From Trueperaceae bacterium (lineage in GTDB: Bacteria; Deinococcota; Deinococci; Deinococcales; Trueperaceae): a stretch of DNA of 64,000 nucleotides. The stretch is taken from the NCBI GenBank assembly GCA_965215565.1, contig CBDCDZ010000004.1, positions 1,184,001-1,248,000 of the forward strand, in the 5' to 3' direction. The position numbers and the translations under genes were made by a program. Shown here piece after piece: positions 56,645-64,000 of the stretch. Positions within the stretch are counted from its first letter, which is position 1. Each line of letters begins with the position of its first letter. The notes beneath the pieces are model-generated. The model saw only the letters and a list, made by a program, of their open reading frames with translations. It ran no database searches and was not told where the DNA came from.

Positions 56645-57454
56645 CCCAGGCGCACGGAGTTCCGAACGCAGCAGGTCCAGGAACGCCTCATGACCCTGAC
56701 CATACATTTTGATGACGTCGTGGTCGCCGCTGAATTCGCGCAACGTGACAGGTCCGCCGAGCTTCACGACGAGTTGGCGCGTATGTTCAGGCGTCACCGT
56801 CGTATCCTGAAAGCCTTGAAAAATGAGCGTAGGCGCGTCCACACGCGGCGCCACCTTGTACGCCGCGCGCCCGAGCTTGCGCAGTTCGTCCACCGAAGAG
56901 GTGGGCAAGACGATGTCTCGGCGCAACCGCGCCTGGAGCGTAGGATCGTCTAGATCGGCGTCCGGCAGCATCCGCCCGAAGCGCTCACGGACGCCTGCGT
57001 CGCTGAAGTCCGCCTTCTCAAAGGGTCTCAGCGTGGGCTTGAGAAGACGAGCGACGGGCAAGAGGTGGGCGCGGGGGTCGGTCATGCGCCAAAACGGGGC
57101 GATGAGTACGAGCATACTGGGCGGGTGCACCGCCGCTAAGTGGAGCGCCAACGCGCCGCCCATCGAGAAGCCGACGAGCAACGTTCTATGCGCCTCCCCT
57201 AAACGCCGCCAATCGCTTAGGGCAGCGTCGCGCCAGTCTCCCCAGCGCTTGTCGCCTAGCGTCGGCAGACCGACGCCGAAACCGGGCAAGAGCGGCGCAC
57301 TCGCCTGCCAACCCTCCTCTCGGAGCGCGGCAGCAACTTCGCGCAGCTCGGCGGGGGTGCCGGGAAAGCCGTGCAGGAGGAGCGCTTTTTTGGGGCTTTC
57401 CCCCAAGGTGAAGGGCCGATGCTCAGGTGAGCCGTAAAAGGTCGAGGCGTCCAT
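56633..57454 (-). CDS. Carboxylesterase/monoacylglycerol lipase-like alpha/beta hydrolase
   Basis: LHGFPG, GFSMGG, QD..V and DH motifs. Confidence 0.88.
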   Translation of the reverse strand: MDASTFYGSPEHRPFTLGESPKKALLLHGFPGTPAELREVAAALREEGWQASAPLLPGFGVGLPTLGDKRWGDWRDAALSDWRRLGEAHRTLLVGFSMGGALALHLAAVHPPSMLVLIAPFWRMTDPRAHLLPVARLLKPTLRPFEKADFSDAGVRERFGRMLPDADLDDPTLQARLRRDIVLPTSSVDELRKLGRAAYKVAPRVDAPTLIFQGFQDTTVTPEHTRQLVVKLGGPVTLREFSGDHDVIKMYGQGHEAFLDLLRSELRAPGLAL

Positions 57455-57649
57455 AGCGCCAGCGTGACATAGTTTTAAGGGTGCGAGCTTTAGGGGTGCG
57501 ACAGCGAGCGTACGCTCGGTTCGCTAGTTTCAAAGGGACGCTCGAGCCGCCGCGCGGCGCAGCAAGGATAGTAAGAGGGCCTCTTCTAGTAGAAAGGGAG
57601 CAAGAGGTTGGAGGAAAACGCAACGCTACTCCCTCTTTTTTGTATATAG

Positions 57650-57900
57650 TAGCAGTTCCAAGACATACTGAGACGGATGAGCGCAAGTAGCATCATCGAA
57701 TGTGCGTGCTAGTTAGGCACTTTTCGCAAAGCGAAACGTCGTTTCATCTAGTGAGCGTGTCTCAAACCAGATGATACCTGCTATAGCAATTAACTAACGT
57801 AAGTACTGAGCTTGAATCACGCAAGTATCATCACAATTAAGTGCGCGCTAGAGCGTGCGCTCTCTTCTCAGACTGGCTCAAACCAAATGAAGTTCCGCTA
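57650..57900. repeat. Intact family A repeat (57650-57783) abutting a related unit (57782-57900)
   Basis: TAGCAG...CTGCTA terminal inverted hexamers; contains the empty IS110 target CAGATGATACCTGCTA. Confidence 0.85.
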
Positions 57901-58206
57901 GGCTCCGCCTGAGACTTGCTATACTTTCGTTTAAGATGAACACACGATGTGAATCTCTACTGTCCATCTGCCGCGGTGAGGCACCTTCGGCGCGGTCTGC
58001 TCAGGAGGACTACCGTTTAATTTATCACCTGGGTAGGGCACTTCAGCGCCTATACTCTCCTGGAAGGGTGGACGCGGTTTCGCCGAGAGGATGAAGATTT
58101 CTTTAGCCAACTCCAGGGTTCATTATAAATCTGCTTGCTACCATAAGCTCATGATGGTTTATGCCCTCGCGACTCGTTTTATACTCTCCTCTTCGAAGGG
58201 TACACT

Positions 58207-58647
58207 GTGACTGACATTCTTCTATGGTTCTGTTTGAGCCAAACGTTGGCGAGCCTGCCGGCGATGACGCCCGGCACCGAAGTGAAGCTCGTTCACCCTG
58301 ACCTCGTGTCTGTTTTTGACACCGCCGTAGTCGAGGACGGCCAGCTCGCCTTTTCGGAGCGGCTCGAGCCCGACACCGAGCTGCGGCTGCTCTTCCTCAC
58401 CCCCGACACCGACGCCAGACAGAGCGTCGACTCAGTCGCTGACGCGCCCTCTGGACGTATCAGCTCGCGCGGCAGCGATATCTTGGTGCAGTTCGCGGGC
58501 TACGAAGCGCCTGTTTCGTTCAGGCGTTGGTTGGACGAAGAGCGCGATATCGAACTTATCTTGCCCGAGCCCGAAGAGGACGGGGCGAATAACACTCAGG
58601 ACCAGCAGCGGCCTGAAGACGAAGCAGGTGATACCGATGAAAGATAA
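58207..58647 (+). CDS. Hypothetical protein upstream of the two-component system
   Basis: 146-aa ORF overlapping the response regulator start. Confidence 0.6.
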   Translation: MTDILLWFCLSQTLASLPAMTPGTEVKLVHPDLVSVFDTAVVEDGQLAFSERLEPDTELRLLFLTPDTDARQSVDSVADAPSGRISSRGSDILVQFAGYEAPVSFRRWLDEERDIELILPEPEEDGANNTQDQQRPEDEAGDTDER

Positions 58648-59305
58648 ACACATCCTTATCGTTGAAGACGATCTCGACATCAGCCGACTCCTCAGCCTGG
58701 AGCTGGAGGAGGCGGGTTTCTCGGTGAGCGCGTGCGACACGGGGATGCGCGGCTTAGCTGCCGTGCGCGAAGGCGATCCTGACCTCATCGTTCTGGACTT
58801 GGGCTTGCCTGACCTTAACGGCGCAGAGATCGCGCGCCGCGTGCGCAAAACGAGCGAGACGCCCATCATCATCCTGACGGCGGCGGATGACGTCGAGACC
58901 AAAGTGGATTTGCTCAACTCGGGTGCGGATGACTACCTCGCCAAGCCCTTCCACGCCGAAGAACTCATCGCGCGCGTCAAGGTGCAACTGCGCCACCGCA
59001 GCGCGGGCGCGGCCCAGACCATCGGCGACATGGTGCTCGATCCGGCGCGGCGGCAGCTCTTTTGGGACAACCAGGAGGTGCGCCTCTCACCGCGCGAGTT
59101 CGATTTGCTCGTCTACTTGTGCAACGCGCCGGGGCGCGTCTATAGCCGCCACGAAATCGAACACAACGTGTGGGGTGAGGACCTGCCCCCCTCGAGCAAC
59201 GTCGTCGACGTGCACATCGCCAACATCCGCTCCAAGCTGCGCGACGCGGGCGGTTACGGTTTGATTCGCACCGTGCGCGGCATCGGCTACGCGATCAAGA
59301 GCTAA
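58637..59305 (+). CDS. OmpR-family response regulator
   Basis: VEDD, LDLGLP, GADDY.AKPF and IRTVRGIGY motifs. Confidence 0.94.
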   Translation: MKDKHILIVEDDLDISRLLSLELEEAGFSVSACDTGMRGLAAVREGDPDLIVLDLGLPDLNGAEIARRVRKTSETPIIILTAADDVETKVDLLNSGADDYLAKPFHAEELIARVKVQLRHRSAGAAQTIGDMVLDPARRQLFWDNQEVRLSPREFDLLVYLCNAPGRVYSRHEIEHNVWGEDLPPSSNVVDVHIANIRSKLRDAGGYGLIRTVRGIGYAIKS

Positions 59306-59499
59306 CGGGCGCGCGCTAGGGTATTCTGACGTGTGTTCACGCGGCTCGTCATCCGCACTGTCGGTTTAAGTTTGCAGCGCAGCGCAGCGCGCGCTGAGAT
59401 GGGGACGTTCTCGCGTCTGCTAAACGCCGCGACGCCGCGCTTTATGGTTCTACGCACAGTCCTACACATAGTATTTAGACGAGCTGCACCGGAAGTACG

Positions 59500-60945
59500 G
59501 TGCAGCTCGTCCGAGGTTTACCGCACCTATACCTTTGGACGTGCCCCGTGATCGTCCGGGGCGGTATTCCGCTGCGGTGGCGCATTGCCATCTTGAGCAG
59601 TTTAGCCGTCGCGCTCCTCAGCATCATCGCGGCGCTCATCGCCTTCGCGGTGGTTCGCTCATCTCTCACGGGCGATCTGCAGCGCTCTCTACGCGAAGAC
59701 GTGGCGCGAGTCGCTAGGGATTACGGCGGCGACCTCGAGACACCCGACACAGAATCGGAGGGCGAAAGCGCCCAAACCCAGGACGACACAACCCTCCAGC
59801 TTCCCCCGACGGGTCCGACGGGCGGCGTAACCATCCAGCTTTACAACGCGGCGGGCACGTTCATCGCCGCTTCCGACGACGACGTACAAGACTACGAGAA
59901 CGGGAATAACCTCATCCCTCAAGAGACCGTCGTCACCGCGACAGAGGACATTCTCGACTGGCGCGGCACGTTAGGCAGCGGACCCGTCCGCGCTGCGCTC
60001 GCGCCCGTCAGCTTCGGCGTTGTCGCGGTGATTTCGCCCTCCACGTACATCGGCACCGCGCTCAACCAGTTGGCGCGGGCTCTGGCGATTACGGGCACGG
60101 CGCTCATCTTGCTCAGCAGTTTAATCGGCTACCTAGTCGCAGCGGCGGCGATGCGCCCTATCACCCAGCTCGCCAACCTCGCCGCGCAGCTCGACCCCGA
60201 GCACTTAGCGCCCATCGACTACCGGGGACCTAAAGACGAGGTAGGGCAGCTCAACTACGTTCTCAACGACCTCATCTTGCGGCTGAGGGCGTCGGTAGAC
60301 GCGCAGCGGAGCTTTTTAGCCGAGACCAGTCACGAACTCCGCACGCCGCTGACGAGCTTGCAGGGGTTTTTAGACCGCGCTGTGCGGCGCGCGCCGCCCG
60401 AAGTGCGCAGCGACTTAGAGGACGTCCGGCGCATCGCCCGGACCATGTCGCGCCTCGTCGCGGACATTTTACAGCTTTCGCGCGGTCAGCTCGTGCGCGA
60501 ATACGTGCCGCACCTCCTCGATCCTTATACCGATATCTTACAACCCGTCGCTGAAGAGTTCCCCGGCGTCCGCTTGGACGCTCAGCCTGGCGCGTTGCTG
60601 CTCGGCGACCCTGAGCGGTTGCGGCAACTTCTTCGCAACCTCACCGCCAACGCCGTGCGCGCGGCGGGCAGCCCCGAAAAGGTGGTGCTGGCGCTCACTC
60701 AGTCGGACAACTCACTCGTCTTGAGTGTTTACGACAGCGGTCCCGGCATTCCCCCGGACATCCTCCCCCACATCTTCGACAAATTTTATAAGGGCGCGGG
60801 CGGCGGCGCGGGGCTCGGGCTCGCCATCGCAAAACAGATCGCCGAGGTGCACCAAGGTGACATCGAGGTGGAGAGCGTTTACGGCCAGAGCACGACGTTC
60901 CGCGTTACCCTACCCACGTTCGCCGACGCCGTGCTGGACGAATGA
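59500..60945 (+). CDS. HAMP sensor histidine kinase (true start probably further downstream)
   Basis: Two TMs; SHELRTPL, NA, DSGPGI and GLGLAI motifs. Confidence 0.9.
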   Translation: MQLVRGLPHLYLWTCPVIVRGGIPLRWRIAILSSLAVALLSIIAALIAFAVVRSSLTGDLQRSLREDVARVARDYGGDLETPDTESEGESAQTQDDTTLQLPPTGPTGGVTIQLYNAAGTFIAASDDDVQDYENGNNLIPQETVVTATEDILDWRGTLGSGPVRAALAPVSFGVVAVISPSTYIGTALNQLARALAITGTALILLSSLIGYLVAAAAMRPITQLANLAAQLDPEHLAPIDYRGPKDEVGQLNYVLNDLILRLRASVDAQRSFLAETSHELRTPLTSLQGFLDRAVRRAPPEVRSDLEDVRRIARTMSRLVADILQLSRGQLVREYVPHLLDPYTDILQPVAEEFPGVRLDAQPGALLLGDPERLRQLLRNLTANAVRAAGSPEKVVLALTQSDNSLVLSVYDSGPGIPPDILPHIFDKFYKGAGGGAGLGLAIAKQIAEVHQGDIEVESVYGQSTTFRVTLPTFADAVLDE

Positions 60946-60959
60946 ACCTACGACACTGC

Positions 60960-61595
60960 TCAGGGAGACTGCGCGAAGCTCATCTGGAGCCCGTCCACGA
61001 TGAACTGTACAGCGAGCGCCGCGAGCAGCACGCCGAGCACGCGGCTCACGACGCCCGAGCCCGTCACGCCGATGAGCTTCATCAAGCGTCCCGTAAGCAG
61101 GAGAGACAGCAGTGCGAGCAGCAGCACGATCATGAGCACGCCGAGGAGCGCGAGCGTCACCCAGATGTCGCTACTGCGCCCGTTCAAGAGGAGCATCGTC
61201 GTGATCGCGCCCGGACCGCCGATGAGCGGAATCGCGAGCGGGAAAACGGAGATGTCTTGGCGCTGCGCCGCCTCCGCCTGCTCACGCACCGTCGTCGAAC
61301 GGAGCCCGGAGTCGCGCACGAGCACCATGTCGATGGCGAGTAAAAAGAGCAGCACGCCCCCCGCGACGCGGAACGCGGACAAGCTGATGCCGAGCACGCT
61401 CAGGAGCGGGTTGCCGATAAAGGTAAAGACCACGAGCACGGCGGCGGCGATGGCCACCCCCCGAAAGGCGATGCGGCGTCTTTCCGCCTCCGTCTCCTTC
61501 TGCGTGAGCGCCCCGAAAATAGGCACGAGGCTCACCGGGTCAACGACGACGACGAGCGTCACAAAAGCGTTGAGAAGAAGGTCCAAGGTGTTCAC
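60960..61595 (-). CDS. MarC family membrane protein
   Basis: VVDP, AFRVAGG and FPLAIPLIGGPGAI motifs. Confidence 0.9.
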   Translation of the reverse strand: MNTLDLLLNAFVTLVVVVDPVSLVPIFGALTQKETEAERRRIAFRGVAIAAAVLVVFTFIGNPLLSVLGISLSAFRVAGGVLLFLLAIDMVLVRDSGLRSTTVREQAEAAQRQDISVFPLAIPLIGGPGAITTMLLLNGRSSDIWVTLALLGVLMIVLLLALLSLLLTGRLMKLIGVTGSGVVSRVLGVLLAALAVQFIVDGLQMSFAQSP

Positions 61596-61679
61596 CGCGC
61601 CAGCTCCCGACTGAAACTAAGCATGAATGAGTTGACAGTGAAAGGGGTGTCTCGCAACCGTCCCGTCCACATCCGCAGC

Positions 61680-62138
61680 TTACTCGAGAAACTCCTCGAA
61701 GTCCGTCAGTATCGTTTCAGCGTCGGCGCTGCTTCGAGCGATGACCATGATCGTATTTTGCCCCGCCAAGGTGCCGACGACCTCTTCACGCTCGAGCTTG
61801 TCGATGACGTAAGCGATGCCCGAGGCGTGCCCCTCGTCCGTGTTGATGACGATGATGTTTTCGCCCCTGTCGATATCGCGCACGAAGAGCTTGAAACGCT
61901 GCTTCAGCTCGCCCTCTACGTCCTCTTGGGCAGCTAGAGGCGTAGAGCGGTAGCGGTGCTGTCCGTTGCCCGCAGGCAGCCGCACCAGTCTCAGTTCGTT
62001 GACGTCGCGACTGACGGTTGCCTGCGTCACCTTGACGCCGCGATCCGCGAGGTGCTCGGCGATTTCAGACTGCGTCGCGATGAATTCGTTTTCGACTAGT
62101 TCTTCGATCAAGCGTTGTCTATACTCTTTACTTGGCAT
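61680..62138 (-). CDS. argR: Arginine repressor
   Basis: TQ.EI, VTQATVSRD and GTLAG motifs. Confidence 0.93.
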   Translation of the reverse strand: MPSKEYRQRLIEELVENEFIATQSEIAEHLADRGVKVTQATVSRDVNELRLVRLPAGNGQHRYRSTPLAAQEDVEGELKQRFKLFVRDIDRGENIIVINTDEGHASGIAYVIDKLEREEVVGTLAGQNTIMVIARSSADAETILTDFEEFLE

Positions 62139-62176
62139 ATTTATTCATTATACATGAATTTCGTTTTGTATACATC
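62134..62176 (-). promoter_or_regulatory. argR leaderless promoter overlapped by an ARG-box-like sequence
   Basis: Minus strand TATAATGAATAAATATG: -10 box plus TGAATAAATAT ARG-box-like motif. Confidence 0.5.
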
Positions 62177-62264
62177 GGCGCTTCGGTTGTGTGGTCTACT
62201 GTTTGTACACTGAACGTTTAGCTTATCAGTTCGCAATATACTTCAATTTTGCGGTTATCAAAAA

Positions 62265-62444
62265 CAGTTCCAAAACATATTGAAACAGATGAGCGCAAGC
62301 CTCTGTCCGCAAGGACTAGCGGGATTTCATCCCTGAATGCGCGTGCTAGGCGATGTTCTCAAAAGTGAGAGCATCTCAAACCACCATCGCTGCGCGAGTA
62401 CTAACGTGAACCGAGCTTTGTGAGACAGACTTTGATACCTGCTA
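62265..62444. repeat. Family A repeat, long variant
   Basis: cagttccaaaacatattgaaac...gatacctgcta; inverse of 46586-46812. Confidence 0.8.
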
Positions 62445-62445
62445 C

Positions 62446-62558
62446 AAGAAGAAGCCCCCGCGAGAGGAGACGCGGGGGGCCCTAGGAGGGAAGAGGGGCA
62501 GGGCGTAGGTGGTGATGCACGACGTTATGCAGATTGGTTCACGGTGTCGCCCTGCCTA
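62446..62558 (-). ncRNA. Candidate small RNA (about 110 nt) with anti-SD CU-rich segments
   Basis: TAAAGT -10 at 62565-62570; GGCAGGGCG/CGCCCUGCC stem; CCCCUCUUCCCCUCCU linker; GC terminator hairpin with U-rich tail. Confidence 0.5.
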
Positions 62559-62675
62559 GAGATACTTTAGACGGTAGGGTATGACGGGATTCTTACAGCT
62601 ACGTCGTAGCACGCATATGCAGCTTCAGGTGATGATGAACCCTTAAAGAGGAAGGAGGAGGTACGGGGCGCGTCT

Positions 62676-62913
62676 ATGCGCGTCTATATCAACAGGACGC
62701 AGTATTTTGAGGGCGTACCGACTGAGGTGTGGAACTTCTATGTGGGCGGCTATCAGGTGCTACACAAGTGGCTCAAGGACCGCAAGGGACGCGAGAGCTT
62801 TGACGACTTGCGGCATTACAGCTTTATCGTGTCGGCGTTGCTTGAAACTATTGGGACGATGAAAGAGGTTGACGAGGTGATAGAAGAAAGCAGGGGGGTG
62901 GCCGCTCGAGTAA
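62676..62913 (+). pseudogene. C-terminal remnant of a type ISP-like restriction-modification enzyme
   Basis: VYIN..QYFEGVP.EVWNFYVGGYQVL.KWLKDRKGR; a +1 base at about 62892 hides the terminal GGWPLE*. Confidence 0.65.
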
Positions 62914-63287
62914 TGCCTGAGTTTGAAATGGTCAGCACGGTGGAAGAGGCTAACGCACAAACGCTTGATGTACCCGAGTACGACGGGTGGTTCGCGTTTG
63001 CGCACCTCTTGAATGGGTATGACGTAGCGGACGAGTTGGGGCTCGAGCTGGGCACGTTTAGTAACGAAAAGTCTAAGCTTTATGGCCGAACAGGGATGTG
63101 GGAGGGGACGCTGCTCGAGCTTAGGATGGTGCTCTTTTTTGAGGCTCGAGCGCTCCGTATGGCGGGTGCACCAAGCTATGACCCAACCAATGACCCAAAC
63201 TACCGCGAACATATTCGAGGGTTGCTAGGGGTGATAAAGCAAAAGGCTGCAAACGAGGGAAGGCTTGCTATCACGGATAGTTTATAG
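62913..63287 (+). CDS. Hypothetical protein (124 aa)
   Basis: TAATG coupling with the restored stop of the upstream remnant. Confidence 0.55.
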   Translation: MPEFEMVSTVEEANAQTLDVPEYDGWFAFAHLLNGYDVADELGLELGTFSNEKSKLYGRTGMWEGTLLELRMVLFFEARALRMAGAPSYDPTNDPNYREHIRGLLGVIKQKAANEGRLAITDSL

Positions 63288-63295
63288 AGAGTGTA

Positions 63296-63430
63296 ATACC
63301 CTTTCCGGTTAAATACGCTACTTTATAGCGTATTTAACCCCGAGCGGAGCGAGTAGAAATAAGTACGGATTCCGGTTGATTACTGCATAAACTCCTTCGG
63401 AGTTGATTCCGTACTCACCGGAATCCGTAT
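63296..63430. repeat. Family B (SNR-like) repeat
   Basis: Same two modules as 2845-2979 in a different relative orientation. Confidence 0.8.
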
Positions 63431-63463
63431 AAAAAGTAAAGCCCACTCTCGTGAGGAGGCGCT

Positions 63464-63703
63464 GTGTTCTGTAGAGCTTTCAAGCAGCGCGAGCTTGCGC
63501 GCCTCCGAAGTGGCGAGCTGTTCCCTAAAATTCGCCTACACGACCTCAGACACCTTCACACCTCAGTGCTCACCGTGAAGCACCGAATGAGCCCGGTAGA
63601 GGTAGCAGACCGTTTAGGACATACAAACCCGAGCTTTACCCTTAACGTCTACACGCACCTCTTTGACGAACAGGGACAGGGTGAGACGGTATCCCCCACT
63701 TGA
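63464..63703 (+). pseudogene. Tyrosine integrase C-terminal remnant
   Basis: RLHDLRH...LGH......TLNVYTH; N-terminus missing; next to the tRNA 3' end. Confidence 0.8.
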
Positions 63704-63814
63704 CTTTCTACCCAGGACAGGCGCGGTCAATCAGGTTCATAGCTGTAAGATAGCTGTCAAAGGCAAAAAAGAACTCGCTTTCCTGAGTCACCGAAAAGCG
63801 AGCTTTTGCGTCTG

Positions 63815-63906
<92 letters not shown>

Positions 63907-64000
63907 AAAAACCTCTAGGAGTATACCGCATGACGCAGCATTTGTCACGCCTCAGCAGGGGATTTGAAGAGGTGCACTTCAAGGTTGAAGGTGCTGGACT

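Noticed and set aside
62676..63287. 203-aa ORF as one protein
   Set aside because: Better explained as an R-M remnant fused by frameshift to a separate TAATG-coupled gene

Overview
A 64 kb chromosomal window from a Deinococcota bacterium, most likely Trueperaceae-like. This rests on GlnRS-Yqey, many leaderless TANNNT-ATG starts, Deinococcus-type intergenic repeats and a c-di-GMP-II-like riboswitch. It carries housekeeping genes (glnS, lgt, purA, argR, tRNA-Ser), betaine/sarcosine catabolism and uptake genes, a class III PHA synthase locus, aceK, hicAB with a TIR protein, surface LRR lipoproteins and a decayed island at tRNA-Ser. Four observations stand out. (1) An unannotated 42-aa secreted peptide (32112-32240) ends in GRSNVWAG, the exact unit repeated four times in the pro-region of the divergently encoded subtilase, which is followed by a TPR/HD-GYP gene. 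This is a candidate peptide-signalling system feeding c-di-GMP turnover. (2) A second, similarly built 41-aa secreted peptide (52684-52809) lies under a c-di-GMP-II-like riboswitch, downstream of another HD-GYP gene. (3) An IS110 element has a bridge RNA whose guides can be read directly and match the end of an abundant TAGCAG-ended repeat into which it has inserted. (4) A stand-alone YcaO sits in a sugar ABC transporter/deacetylase operon. All calls come from manual reading; no searches were run.
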